A program made the position numbers and the translations under genes. The notes beneath the pieces are model-generated. The model worked only from the letters and a program-made list of their open reading frames with translations. It did no database searches and was not told where the DNA came from. This document shows, piece after piece, positions 29,386-39,689 of a DNA stretch of 64,000 nt (the first letter of the stretch is position 1; every line of letters starts with the position of its first letter). Origin of the DNA: an archaeon. GTDB taxonomy: Archaea > Methanobacteriota_B > Thermococci > Methanofastidiosales > NM3. The stretch is taken from contig RXIG01000004.1 of NCBI GenBank assembly GCA_004212155.1, positions 19,855 to 83,854 on the forward strand, written 5' to 3'.

Positions 29386-30642
29386 ATGCTGATACAAGGA
29401 GGACTCGTCTATACAAACGGTGCGTTTGTCAAACGCGACATAGAGATCGAAGGGGGCGTTATACGTTCATTGGGCACAGGCCTTGAGGGTAATGACGTCT
29501 TTGACGCCCGAGGCTTTGTGATCGTGCCTGGATTCGTCAATGCCCATACACACCTTTCAATGTCGCTTCTTCGGGGAGCAGGCGACGACATGCCACTGCA
29601 TTCATGGCTCAATGACCGCATCTGGCCCCTTGAGGCATCGCTTTCCTACGATGACTGTTACTGGGGGTCGCTTTTCGGTATAGTGGAGATGCTCAAGACG
29701 GGCACGACGTGCTTCAACGACATGTACTTCCACATGGATGCCACAACCCGTGCGGTGAGGGAAACGGGGATACGTGCCGCGATCACGCATGCGGTGATAG
29801 ACCTCGGTGACGAGAAGAAGGCGCAAACCGAGCTTCAGGAGTCGTCCAGGATACACCGCATGTGTAGGGACGAAAAACGTATCTCATACATGATGGGCCC
29901 TCATGCGCCGTACACATGTTCTGAGGCGTTCCTTTTACAGATCAAGGAATATGCGCGCGCCCATGGCATCAAGACCCATATACACCTCTCCGAGACAAGA
30001 AAAGAGGTCGAGGACATGGAACAGGAGCGCAGTGTGACACCGGTAGGGTATCTCGATTCCCTTTCGTTCCTCGATGAGGATACTATCTGTGCTCATGGCG
30101 TCCATTTAACGCCCGAAGACATCAAGCTCATCTCTTCTCGCGGATGCAGCATCGTGCATTGCCCCCAGTCGAATCTCAAGCTCTCTTCCGGCATCGCGCC
30201 GCTGCCACAGCTGCTTGACGCCCCGATCGACATTGCACTCGGCACCGATGGTGCCGCTTCGAACAATAGCCTCAACATGATCCAGGAAACAAAGTGCATG
30301 GCGCTCATACACAAGTTGCAGGGCGCAACAGAGGTGCCCGCATCGACAGCATTTTCCATTGCGACACGGGGCGGTGGCAAGGCGCTCGGACTGCCAGTGG
30401 GCGAGCTCACACCCGGTTATAATGCTGATATGGTGTTCATTGATGCATCGCATTTTTCCATGCGACCATCCCATTCCTTGATTTCCAATCTTGTCTACTC
30501 CCTGCAGGAAGAGGCCATCCGTCATGTCATGGTGGATGGAACGTTCGTGCTCAGGGATCGGGAACTTACCATGGTCGACGAGACGTCGATAATCGAGAAG
30601 GCATGCGAACATGCCAATGCCCTCGTGGAGCTGATAGAATGA
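29386..30642 (+). CDS. mtaD: 5'-methylthioadenosine/S-adenosylhomocysteine (5'-deoxyadenosine) deaminase-like amidohydrolase
   Basis: NAHTH, PHAPYTCS, HIHLSET, HCPQSNLKL, LGTDGAASNN. Confidence 0.8.
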   Translation: MLIQGGLVYTNGAFVKRDIEIEGGVIRSLGTGLEGNDVFDARGFVIVPGFVNAHTHLSMSLLRGAGDDMPLHSWLNDRIWPLEASLSYDDCYWGSLFGIVEMLKTGTTCFNDMYFHMDATTRAVRETGIRAAITHAVIDLGDEKKAQTELQESSRIHRMCRDEKRISYMMGPHAPYTCSEAFLLQIKEYARAHGIKTHIHLSETRKEVEDMEQERSVTPVGYLDSLSFLDEDTICAHGVHLTPEDIKLISSRGCSIVHCPQSNLKLSSGIAPLPQLLDAPIDIALGTDGAASNNSLNMIQETKCMALIHKLQGATEVPASTAFSIATRGGGKALGLPVGELTPGYNADMVFIDASHFSMRPSHSLISNLVYSLQEEAIRHVMVDGTFVLRDRELTMVDETSIIEKACEHANALVELIE

Positions 30643-31367
30643 AGATCCTCGTGACAAACGACGACGGGGTCCATAGCCCCGCTCTTGTCTATCTTCGTGA
30701 CGAACTTGAACAGTTCGGCGACGTCACCATCGTCGCCCCGGAACGCGAGGCATCGGCCTCGTCACATGCAATCACCGTGCACCACCCATTGCGCCTCTAC
30801 GAGTGTACGCTCTTTGATGGGTCGCGCGGATGGGCCGTATCAGGGACACCCGCCGACAGCGTCGTGCTTGGCATCTTGAAGTTTGGAACGCCCGATCTCA
30901 TCATATCAGGCATCAATCCCGGCGCAAACCTCGGCGACGACGTAACATACTCTGGGACGGTGGGTGCCGCATTCGAGGCAGCTCTCTATGATATCAACGC
31001 CATTGCAGTCTCGGTCATCGATGTCGAGGAACCGGACTACGCAGAGGCCGCACGTCAGACCGCCGATGTCGTACGCATGAGCGAACAGCTTCCTAACCCA
31101 TTCCTTCTCAACGTGAACATACCGCCACATCACAACGGCAAGCGCCGTATCACCACGCTTGGACGGCGGCTATGGTCAAACAATGTCCAAGAGCGCATCG
31201 ACCCGCGCAACAAACCGTATTATTGGATATCGGGCGAGCCAAAGGAGACCTATGATGAGGGCACCGACATCCACGCCACCAATCACGGCTTCATATCGGT
31301 GACGCCCCTGAAGCTCGACCTTACGGACTCGTCGATGATCGAACGTCTCAGGGCATTGCTCGAATGA
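30639..31367 (+). CDS. surE: 5'/3'-nucleotidase SurE
   Basis: ILVTNDDG, SGTPADSV, SGINPGAN, YSGTVGAA; ATGA overlap with mtaD. Confidence 0.96.
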   Translation: MKILVTNDDGVHSPALVYLRDELEQFGDVTIVAPEREASASSHAITVHHPLRLYECTLFDGSRGWAVSGTPADSVVLGILKFGTPDLIISGINPGANLGDDVTYSGTVGAAFEAALYDINAIAVSVIDVEEPDYAEAARQTADVVRMSEQLPNPFLLNVNIPPHHNGKRRITTLGRRLWSNNVQERIDPRNKPYYWISGEPKETYDEGTDIHATNHGFISVTPLKLDLTDSSMIERLRALLE

Positions 31368-31445
31368 ATGCACCATTCATCCTACCGGGCCGGCAAAACC
31401 AAAAAGCTTATAATCTATGAATAGATGCACAAGATAGGTGTTTTC

Positions 31446-32714
31446 ATGCTTGATATCCGCCTTTTTAGAGAATCACCTGAAGTTGTCATACAAAATCTTA
31501 CGAAGCGCGGCATGGACACGTCAAAGGTCCAGGAGATAATCGACCTCGACAAGCTGCGCCGCGAGAAGATCACTTCCGTGAACACGCTCAAAAAGGAGCG
31601 TAACGACGTTGCAATACGCATCAGGGATCTCAAATCCGAAGGCAAGGAGATACAGGACGAGATCGACAGGATGCGTACGATAAACGACGATATCGACCGC
31701 CTCGACCAGGAGATACAACATGTCGAGTCCTCTCTTGACACGTTGCTGATGCGCATGCCAAACATTCTTCACGAATCGGTGCCCGTGGGTGAGGAGAACG
31801 TGACGATGCGCGAATGGGGCAAGCGCGATCATCTGGGATTCCCTGCCAAGGGACATACCGAGGTGCTCCAGGCACTGGGGAAGGTCGACATCGAACGTGC
31901 AGCGAAGATCGCTGGATCGCGATTTTACTTTCTAAAAGACGAACTCGTCATGCTCGACTACGCGCTGATGCGGTTCTCTCTCGACTACATGGCTGAGCAT
32001 GGCTATACGCTGATCGAGCCCCCGTATATGATGAAGCGCCTCCCTTACGAGGGCGTGACGGACCTTGGTGACTTTGGCGATGTCATGTACAAGGTGGAGG
32101 ATGAGGACCTCTATCTCATTGCAACTTCCGAACATCCAATGGCCGCAATGTACATGGACGAGATATTCGAAAGTGACGACTTGCCGCTCAAGATGGCTGG
32201 CATAAGCCCATGTTTCAGGAAGGAGGCCGGCAGCCATGGAAAGGACACAAAGGGCATCTTTCGCGTTCATCAGTTCAACAAGGTCGAACAGTTCATCTTC
32301 TGCCGGCCCGATGAATCGTGGAACTACCTCGAAGAGCTTATCGGCAACGCGGAGGATCTCTACCGGCGCCTGGAGATACCTTATCGTATCGTGAACATAT
32401 GCACGGGCGACATTGGCACGGTGGCAGCGAAGAAGTACGACCTCGAGGCATGGATGCCGGCCCAATGCACATACCGCGAGCTCGTTTCATGCTCCAACTG
32501 CACAGACTACCAGGCGCGAAGGCTCAATGTACGCTATCGCACAAAGGACGGGAACGTGATGTGCCATACGCTCAACTCCACTGCGATTGCCACGACGCGT
32601 ACCCTCGTTGCACTCGTTGAGAACTACCAGAACGAGGATGGTTCAATCACCATACCGCAGGTATTGCGCCCATATGTGGGCAACAGGAAAGAGATCTGCG
32701 TGGGCGAGTCGTAA
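31446..32714 (+). CDS. serS: Serine--tRNA ligase (standard/bacterial-type class II)
   Basis: MLDI N-terminus, coiled arm, LIATSE, FRKEAG, RVHQFNKVE, SCSNCTDYQARR, HTLN. Confidence 0.97.
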   Translation: MLDIRLFRESPEVVIQNLTKRGMDTSKVQEIIDLDKLRREKITSVNTLKKERNDVAIRIRDLKSEGKEIQDEIDRMRTINDDIDRLDQEIQHVESSLDTLLMRMPNILHESVPVGEENVTMREWGKRDHLGFPAKGHTEVLQALGKVDIERAAKIAGSRFYFLKDELVMLDYALMRFSLDYMAEHGYTLIEPPYMMKRLPYEGVTDLGDFGDVMYKVEDEDLYLIATSEHPMAAMYMDEIFESDDLPLKMAGISPCFRKEAGSHGKDTKGIFRVHQFNKVEQFIFCRPDESWNYLEELIGNAEDLYRRLEIPYRIVNICTGDIGTVAAKKYDLEAWMPAQCTYRELVSCSNCTDYQARRLNVRYRTKDGNVMCHTLNSTAIATTRTLVALVENYQNEDGSITIPQVLRPYVGNRKEICVGES

Positions 32715-33590
32715 ATGTATGGTGGCCACATCACCGACAATCATATGCACATCGACCCGCTCCACGGAATTGGCATCGATGCAGTGAGACAGTTCGTGCG
32801 CGCAGGCGGCACCCACCTCATACTCGTCGGTAAGACCGCATGGGACTGGGATATTGATGCCACCACTGTCGATGACTTCAGAAATGCGTATCTTCGTACC
32901 ATCGAGCTCGCCGGACGAATCAACGAATCGACCGAGGCGACGGCATATCCCGTAGTGGGCTACCATCCTTCCGAGTTCGTACGGTTGGCTGACGCTCACG
33001 GGATAGCGTATGCATACGAGGTGGGCATCGAACTCATCGATATCTGGGAATCGCTCTATGAAGATGACCTCATCGTTGGCATCGGCGAAGTTGGCCGCCC
33101 TCACTTCGATGTGCCATGCGATGTGCTCGACGCTGCCAACGATTTGTTATTTGAATACTTGAAGACAGCCTTACGCATGGATTGTCCCCTACAGCTGCAT
33201 ACCGAGCACTTCACGGCAGCGTCGTTCGAGAAGCTAGGAGAGCTAGTGAAAAAAGCAGGTTCTCCACGCAAGGTGATCAAACATTTCAGTCCCCCCCTGC
33301 CCGATATTGCACTGGACAATGGTGTGACTGCATCGATCGTTGCTTCAAGGGATGCCATCAGGGATGCGCTTGCTCGCTCGAAGACATTTTTCATGGAGAC
33401 GGACTACATCGATGATGCGTCGCGCCCCGGTGCGGTGCTTGGCCCCAAGACGGTGCCGCGAAGAACCCTCCATCTTCTTGAGCAACAGGCGATGTCAGAA
33501 GAGGACGCGCACCATATACACGAGGATCTCGTCTCAAAAACATATGGTGTCGATATGGACACCAAACCTGTCTACGAAAATGTTAAGTAA
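32715..33590 (+). CDS. TatD-related metal-dependent hydrolase (COG1831-like)
   Basis: DNHMH, GIGEVGRPH, QLHTE, METDYIDD..RPGAVLGPKTVP. Confidence 0.85.
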   Translation: MYGGHITDNHMHIDPLHGIGIDAVRQFVRAGGTHLILVGKTAWDWDIDATTVDDFRNAYLRTIELAGRINESTEATAYPVVGYHPSEFVRLADAHGIAYAYEVGIELIDIWESLYEDDLIVGIGEVGRPHFDVPCDVLDAANDLLFEYLKTALRMDCPLQLHTEHFTAASFEKLGELVKKAGSPRKVIKHFSPPLPDIALDNGVTASIVASRDAIRDALARSKTFFMETDYIDDASRPGAVLGPKTVPRRTLHLLEQQAMSEEDAHHIHEDLVSKTYGVDMDTKPVYENVK

Positions 33591-33618
33591 TCAACGATGA
33601 GATTATGGGTGTGATAGT

Positions 33619-34347
33619 GTGGCAGCGCGAAAATTGAGGGTAAAGGACGTGGTGTATGGTTCCATTCTCCCCCGGGAGCGTGGCACGCCCAGGATTCGCA
33701 CCAATTTTGGTGAACACGAGGAAGTGCGTCTATGCGGCACCGTGCTCAATACGTTCATCAATGACGAAGGCACATATGGGAATCTCGTGATCGACGATGG
33801 ATCCGCTAGCATCGTAGCGAAGTTCTGGCGCGGCGATGTTAATCGTGTTAAGGAAACCGCTCTCGGGGACATCCTCGATGTCGTCGCCACCGTCGGCGAG
33901 TACAACAACGAGATCTACGTACAACCATCCTCGATTTTCACTACAGACCTTCATGCATGGATCTATTTTCAGCTCAGCGTCGCATCCGAGATACGACGTC
34001 TCGACGAGCAAGGGAATTGGAAACGCGTCGAGGAGCGTTCATCGGATGAGGGCCCATCATCGTTTGACCAGTATCAGGACACACAAGACCAGCGGCAGTG
34101 GTCAAACGAGACATCCAGTGCATCGTCGACAGGCGAGGAGGTTGACTCGTTTGAGGAGGATACCATTATCTTTGACGACGACGAGATCACGCGCACTGTC
34201 CTTGAATCCCTTGGCGAGGAGGGTAGCACCAAGGACGAGATCGTCGAGAAGACCGATTTGGATGACATCGACGTCATGCTCGCGCTACGGGAACTGATGG
34301 AGTCCGGCGATATCTTCGAGGTCGACGGCACCTACAAGAAGCTTTGA
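33619..34347 (+). CDS. OB-fold protein with acidic linker and C-terminal winged helix (RPA32/RPA2-like)
   Basis: VRLCGTV, IDDGSASIVAKFW OB motif; acidic linker; terminal LRELMESGDIFE. Confidence 0.72.
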   Translation: MAARKLRVKDVVYGSILPRERGTPRIRTNFGEHEEVRLCGTVLNTFINDEGTYGNLVIDDGSASIVAKFWRGDVNRVKETALGDILDVVATVGEYNNEIYVQPSSIFTTDLHAWIYFQLSVASEIRRLDEQGNWKRVEERSSDEGPSSFDQYQDTQDQRQWSNETSSASSTGEEVDSFEEDTIIFDDDEITRTVLESLGEEGSTKDEIVEKTDLDDIDVMLALRELMESGDIFEVDGTYKKL

Positions 34348-34928
34348 CCATTGACATCCCTGTCTATGCGATTGAGCAAGAGCACGATGCAGTGTGAAGC
34401 ATGGAGTACTCGTGGAGAGACGGAGACGCGTAGCGGTGCATCATGTAGCAACTTCTCTTCTTCCGGTTCGAATCCTATATGGTCGCCGAGCACGAAGCAG
34501 GGGTCTGATGGAAGCGTGCAGCTGGGCATATCATCTCCATTTTCGTCAAGGACAACAAGCCGTTCCATGTTCTCCCCCACGATGTCCTTGAACGACGCAT
34601 CGGAGACATAGATGCCAGGCGTTGATTCGACCTCCCTCCCAGGTTCGTATGCACGTAATGCCTTTTGTAGTAATATGGCGGTGCTTCGCTCGTCTGGCGA
34701 GAGGTACCGTACCTTATCGCCTTTAACGCGGATGGTGCGGGGCGGCGTAGGGGGGCCTTCGAGGCACAAAATGACTTCTACATCAGTACGTATGTCATGA
34801 GAGAGCAAGAGTGAGGAGGTAAGGCATCGGCACATCACATCCATCCTTCCACCAGAGCCCGGCAGGTCTTTGAGTAGGAAGTCGGGGCTCGAGTGCGCTT
34901 TGTTCCCCTTGATGACGATCGTTATCAT
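34332..34928 (-). CDS. trmY: tRNA (pseudouridine(54)-N1)-methyltransferase
   Basis: DLPGSGGRMDVMCR, PDERS, STPGI, FVLGDH, LHASHCI. Confidence 0.95.
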   Translation of the reverse strand: MITIVIKGNKAHSSPDFLLKDLPGSGGRMDVMCRCLTSSLLLSHDIRTDVEVILCLEGPPTPPRTIRVKGDKVRYLSPDERSTAILLQKALRAYEPGREVESTPGIYVSDASFKDIVGENMERLVVLDENGDDMPSCTLPSDPCFVLGDHIGFEPEEEKLLHDAPLRVSVSPRVLHASHCIVLLLNRIDRDVNGQSFL

Positions 34929-35367
34929 GGTATGATTTTTTCCCCGATGTTATTATTTTTTTGCATTGCGATACAGTCTCGAGGCTTTGCACATAACGCC
35001 GTATCTTTTCATGTGCATTCGTACGCAGCGCCAAGCGGCATGCGCACCTGATGCTTGCTGGCATCCTCCATCCCCCTTCAAGCGCATGGGGGAATGCTTT
35101 TTTTCTGTATGTTGTATGTTACGTTCACGTTAGCGTTGTCAACACTGCCGTCCCCGGCGACAAACAGTCCCCTGCGGACGCACATCCCGCAACGCCACCC
35201 GCAGGTGCGATACGCGTACACGACAGTTACTGGGATAAGAACACATATAGTGGATATGCAAGGAATAGTCTATAACAATTGGGGAAAAGGGCCATAGCTT
35301 CATGTTTGGCCTGTTGGGCCTTAATGTTCAAGTTATCTTTATGTGCAAAGCCCAGTCTCGAACAACG

Positions 35368-35375
35368 TTTATAAA
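35368..35375 (+). promoter_or_regulatory. Putative TATA box of nadM (probably leaderless)
   Basis: TTTATAAA beginning 25 nt before ATG 35393, preceded by GAACAACG. Confidence 0.5.
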
Positions 35376-35392
35376 AGAAACCAGAATTAAAT

Positions 35393-35914
35393 ATGTACAT
35401 GCGTGGACTCTATATCGGAAGATTCCAGCCATTTCATCTGGGACACCTTGAAGTGGTCAGAACGATCATGGAAAAGGTCGATGAGCTCATCATCGTCATT
35501 GGCAGTGCACAATACTCGCATACTCACCGCAATCCGTTCACTGCAGGGGAACGATACGAGATGATACGCTCCGCACTCATCGAAGAGGGCATATCCTGCT
35601 CCCGATTCATGATCGTGACAGTGGAGGACATCAATAAACACCCCCTGTGGGTGGCGCATGTCAGAAGCATGGTGCCGACGTTTGATGTCGTCTTCACCAA
35701 CGAGCCCCTCAACGCGCGCCTCTTCGAAGAGGCCGGCTGCAAGGTGGAGGGAGTGCCCCTATTCTCACGGGCAATGTATTCATCAACGCGCGTTCGAGAG
35801 GAGTGCATCACGTCACATGAGTGGTCTTCGCTTGTTCCAAGTGCTGTGTCAGAGGTCATAAAACGCATCGATGGCGTGACCCGCCTCTGTCAGATACATA
35901 GTAGTGATTCGTAA
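35393..35914 (+). CDS. nadM: Nicotinamide-nucleotide adenylyltransferase
   Basis: GRFQPFHLGH, GSAQYSH, NPFTAGER, SSTRVR. Confidence 0.95.
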   Translation: MYMRGLYIGRFQPFHLGHLEVVRTIMEKVDELIIVIGSAQYSHTHRNPFTAGERYEMIRSALIEEGISCSRFMIVTVEDINKHPLWVAHVRSMVPTFDVVFTNEPLNARLFEEAGCKVEGVPLFSRAMYSSTRVREECITSHEWSSLVPSAVSEVIKRIDGVTRLCQIHSSDS

Positions 35915-35979
35915 AATCTGTGCTAAGCGAAACCTTTTTATTATTATAATAATAGTATATATCAAGTGGAGTGATATTG

Positions 35980-36246
35980 ATGAACAACATTATCAAGAAA
36001 GGCTTAGACCGTGCCGATACAACGTATGAGGTCTCAGTGGTCATCGACAATGCAGAAAAGGACGTACTCGATGTGTTCTCGCCTGCAAACGTGTCGCTGA
36101 AGACCACCCATACGCCGCATGGCATCTATGTCCACATCAGTGGCGATGCGATAGAGGTCATGGAAGCAGAAGTCGGCCTCTACGAGCTTTTAGTGTCTAC
36201 CTACGACCTTGACACGGATTGCGGCCTGGCACATTCGAAGGCTTAA
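35980..36246 (+). CDS. Small hypothetical protein
   Basis: About 88 aa, GGAGTGA SD and TATA-like element upstream, T-tract after the stop. Confidence 0.6.
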   Translation: MNNIIKKGLDRADTTYEVSVVIDNAEKDVLDVFSPANVSLKTTHTPHGIYVHISGDAIEVMEAEVGLYELLVSTYDLDTDCGLAHSKA

Positions 36247-36300
36247 TCCTTTTTCTTTCCTTACCCTATTACTTTTATAGGATGCCGACTGCATACGTTC

Positions 36301-37164
36301 ATGGAACAGCGAAGAAAGGGGCTAGTGCTCGTTACTTTGTTCTCTCTTGCATGGTCGCTCCAGATTACGATGTCAAAGGTCGTGCTCAACGCGGGCATGT
36401 CTGCCTTTTCGCTTCTCTTTCAGGTGATGGTGGTATCATCGTTATGTGTCTTGGGTTACATTCTTCTGTTCAAACCCCGCGCGCTCAATGGCATCGAACA
36501 CAACGACCTCATCCGTCTTTTGCTCGTCGCTGGTGTTGGGACCGCATTGGCAAACAGCTTTGGATATTACGGCCTTGAGAACTCTGCCTCGATCAATTTT
36601 GGGTTCTTGGTGAAGACCGCGGTCGTCTTCACGCTCGTGTTTGCGCATTTCATGCTTGACGAGCCGATACACATTAGGAAGCTCATGCTCATGTCCAGCC
36701 TGCTCTTTGGCGTCTATCTCGTCACGACCAATGGCAGGACGCTCGTGCCAACACCATACGATGCGTTCATCATACTGAGCGCTTCACTCTATGCACTTGC
36801 CAATGTGATAGCAAAGCCTGTGCTCAGGAAGGTGGACTCAGAGGTCGTGGCATTGTTCCGGCTTGGCATGGGCTCGGTCTTCCTGGCAGCCATATTCCCT
36901 TTCCTCGAGCCGTCCTTTTACATTCCCGCGCACGTACCTCTCGTTATCATCACGGGATTGTTGTTGGCACTGATGCAACTCTTGCTCTACAAGACGCTCC
37001 AGAACACGTCGGCTTGCTATCTCAGCATGATGTCGATGCTCACGCCACTTCTCGTGATGGCCCTTGGCCTCATCGTCCTTGGCGAGCAACTGCACACGGT
37101 GCAGGCCATTGGAGGCCTGATTGTCGTCTGTTCAGGCATATTCATCCACAGGATCGAGATATGA
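36301..37164 (+). CDS. DMT/EamA family transporter
   Basis: About 10 TM helices in two repeats (..AHFMLDE.. and ..LIVLGE..QAIGG). Confidence 0.9.
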   Translation: MEQRRKGLVLVTLFSLAWSLQITMSKVVLNAGMSAFSLLFQVMVVSSLCVLGYILLFKPRALNGIEHNDLIRLLLVAGVGTALANSFGYYGLENSASINFGFLVKTAVVFTLVFAHFMLDEPIHIRKLMLMSSLLFGVYLVTTNGRTLVPTPYDAFIILSASLYALANVIAKPVLRKVDSEVVALFRLGMGSVFLAAIFPFLEPSFYIPAHVPLVIITGLLLALMQLLLYKTLQNTSACYLSMMSMLTPLLVMALGLIVLGEQLHTVQAIGGLIVVCSGIFIHRIEI

Positions 37165-37187
37165 GGTGCCCCCTTTTGGTGCTGCGA

Positions 37188-38378
37188 CTACCTTTTCGAA
37201 TCCATATACCGCTCGACCTTTGAGAGTGCCTTATCGATGATCTCGACTGGCGGGAGGAAAACGCCCCTGAAGTGCATCCTGCCCTGCGTGGGCGAGAATC
37301 CCGAACCATGGACAAAGAGCACATGACAGTCGTGGAGCACGTCAAGCACGAACTGTTTGTCATCGTTCCATGCGGGATGCGTGATCTTGGGAAAGATGTA
37401 AAACGCTCCCGATGGCCTCTGACATTCGATGCCCTCGATCTCGTTTAATCGCTTGTGCATGAAGTCCCGTCGCTTTCGAAGCGTTGCTATCATACCACTA
37501 ACATGGTCTTGGGGGCCTCGCAACGCTGCGATGCATGCTTGTTGGCAGGGCGCGTTGGGACACAATCTCAACCGGGCATATTTCTTTACAGCTTCCTCGA
37601 TCTCAGGCATCGCCTCTTCTGGATCGTGGAAGGCCATGTAGCCTACCCTCCATCCGGGAACAAGATAGACCTTGGAGAATCCGTTGAGGAGTACGACGGG
37701 GACATCACTGCTGTAGCGCATTGGTGAGACGTGTTCACCCTCGTAGATGATCCTGTCATATATCTCATCCGATATGAGGAAGAGGTCATGCTCGCCGCAA
37801 AGGTCGACGACCTCCTTGACCCGTTTCTTGGGCAGCAAGGCACCGGTGGGGTTGTTGGGATTGATGATGGTGATCGCCTTCGTACGTTCGGTGATCTTTG
37901 AGCGCATGTCATCGATGTCAAATGCCCATTCCTCGTCTTCGACCGTATCGTATGTAATGGGCGTGGCGTCAAAATAGCGTGTAAGCGCCGTGTAGGGCGG
38001 ATAGGCCGGACCTGGCACGAGAAGGTCGTCACCGGGATCGAGCGACGCGCCGACGAGCATGTGAATGGCTTCTGAGACCCCGTTTGTAACGAGTATGTCA
38101 TCGACGGTGGCCTCAAGTCCCTTGGTCGACTCATACGACAGTATCTCCTTTCGAAGCTCAATGTTCCCTTCCGAGGGTGTGTAGCCCATGTCGGTGACCT
38201 CGTTTGCCCTGCACAGTGCATCGAGCATGTGTTGCGGGGTGGAAAAATCGTATTTGTTGGGGTCGCCGATGTTGAAGTTGGTGATGTCTGCGCCCGATGC
38301 AACTAGTTTCGCTGCCGGCACGACGACATCGCGTATGGCATATTCTACCGTGTCTGAACGTTTCGAGGGATGCATCAT
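37188..38378 (-). CDS. Class I/II PLP aminotransferase (alanine aminotransferase-like)
   Basis: YAIRDV, NIGDP, INPNNPTG, SDEIY, NGFSK..PGWRVG. True start at 38378; the longer ORF overlaps ribL. Confidence 0.92.
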   Translation of the reverse strand: MMHPSKRSDTVEYAIRDVVVPAAKLVASGADITNFNIGDPNKYDFSTPQHMLDALCRANEVTDMGYTPSEGNIELRKEILSYESTKGLEATVDDILVTNGVSEAIHMLVGASLDPGDDLLVPGPAYPPYTALTRYFDATPITYDTVEDEEWAFDIDDMRSKITERTKAITIINPNNPTGALLPKKRVKEVVDLCGEHDLFLISDEIYDRIIYEGEHVSPMRYSSDVPVVLLNGFSKVYLVPGWRVGYMAFHDPEEAMPEIEEAVKKYARLRLCPNAPCQQACIAALRGPQDHVSGMIATLRKRRDFMHKRLNEIEGIECQRPSGAFYIFPKITHPAWNDDKQFVLDVLHDCHVLFVHGSGFSPTQGRMHFRGVFLPPVEIIDKALSKVERYMDSKR

Positions 38379-38803
38379 CCTTCCTCCTCTATCCTGTGCA
38401 GACGCTGCAGCACGTCCTTTGTCCATGATGATGCATAGTTGAGTCGTCTTTCGAGCCGTTTGATGGCAATATCCATTCCCGAGGTGGCTATACGTTCTCT
38501 TAGCCATGCATCGTCCTGGTCTGGCCCAAGGAATATGATGTCGGGCTTGATCTCCTCTACCGATTTGAACATGTCTCCGGTATCGCCCAACACTGCCTTC
38601 TCGACCATCCGCAGACTGCCTACGATGAGCTTTCGCTCCTCTTCGTCGAACACGGTCCTTTTTCCCTTGATCCTGTGGACCGTTGTGTCCCTGGCAATCA
38701 CGACGTAGACGTCGCCATATCCCCGCGCCTCGTTGAGAAGATAGATATGGCCGGGATGGATGATGTCGAAGGTCCCTGCAACCAACACTCTCATTTTGTT
38801 CAC
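38375..38803 (-). CDS. ribL: Archaeal FAD synthase (cytidylyltransferase superfamily)
   Basis: AGTFDIIHPGH, VIARD, KPDII.LGPDQ. Confidence 0.8.
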   Translation of the reverse strand: MNKMRVLVAGTFDIIHPGHIYLLNEARGYGDVYVVIARDTTVHRIKGKRTVFDEEERKLIVGSLRMVEKAVLGDTGDMFKSVEEIKPDIIFLGPDQDDAWLRERIATSGMDIAIKRLERRLNYASSWTKDVLQRLHRIEEEG

Positions 38804-38857
38804 CGTTGTATACCGGAGTGGAAATGATTTTATAAATTTGTTTGCTAATACTCACAT

Positions 38858-39685
38858 ATGGACCCCACTTCCGCCACAAGGCCCACCATTGACGGCAAGG
38901 AGTACCACATCGACCTTGCTCGCGGCGATATGCCACCAATGGTGCTCATTCCTGGTGACCCCGACCGGGTGGAGCTCATGGCATCGCTTCTTGACGACCA
39001 TGAGACAATGGCATCGCATCGCGAGTACCGTTCCGCAAGGGGAACGTTTTCCGGCACCCCTGTTGGCATTTGTTCGACAGGCATCGGCGGCCCTTCCGCT
39101 GCCATAGCAGTAGAGGAACTAGCAAACATTGGTGTCCATACGTTTATCAGGGTAGGCAGCACGGGTGTACTCGCAGACGACGTTGCGTGCGGTGACGTGG
39201 TCATATCCACCGCAGCCGTACGCCTCGAGGGCACCTCGAAGCAGTACGTCATGCGCGATTATCCGGCTTGTCCCCACTATGAGGTGACCCTTTCCCTCAT
39301 CGAGGCATGCGAGCGACTGGACATACCATACCACCTGGGCATCACCGCATCAACCGATTCGTTCTACGTCGGACAGGGCCGGCCGGGACATGACGGTTAC
39401 ATGCCCTTGCGGGGCAGGAACCTCCTCGAGGAGCTGGAGTCCGCAAACGTGCTCAATCTCGAGATGGAGGCTGCGACGGTCTTTACGCTCGGTTCGCTCT
39501 ATGGCCTGCGCACTGGCTGCGTGTGTACCGTCTTTGCAAACAGGAAGACAAACGAGTTTCTCAAGACCGGAGAGGACAATGCGGCGCTCGTTGCATGCAC
39601 GGCCCTCTCCGTGCTGTCCGAGTGGGACGAGCTGAAAAAGACGCATGAAAAGCGCTACTTCTCTCCCGGGCTCTTGAGGGGGTGA
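38858..39685 (+). CDS. udp: Uridine phosphorylase
   Basis: YHI, PGDPDRV, HREY, STGIGGPS, DSFYVGQGR, EME. Confidence 0.88.
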   Translation: MDPTSATRPTIDGKEYHIDLARGDMPPMVLIPGDPDRVELMASLLDDHETMASHREYRSARGTFSGTPVGICSTGIGGPSAAIAVEELANIGVHTFIRVGSTGVLADDVACGDVVISTAAVRLEGTSKQYVMRDYPACPHYEVTLSLIEACERLDIPYHLGITASTDSFYVGQGRPGHDGYMPLRGRNLLEELESANVLNLEMEAATVFTLGSLYGLRTGCVCTVFANRKTNEFLKTGEDNAALVACTALSVLSEWDELKKTHEKRYFSPGLLRG

Positions 39686-39689
39686 GTCT

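Noticed and set aside
34465-34475. GGTTCGAATCC, resembling a tRNA T-loop
   Set aside because: Lies inside trmY coding sequence on the opposite strand; no acceptor, D or anticodon arms around it.
37188-38939. 583-aa ORF suggesting an N-terminally extended aminotransferase
   Set aside because: The extension overlaps ribL in another frame and has no protein-like features; the real start is 38378.
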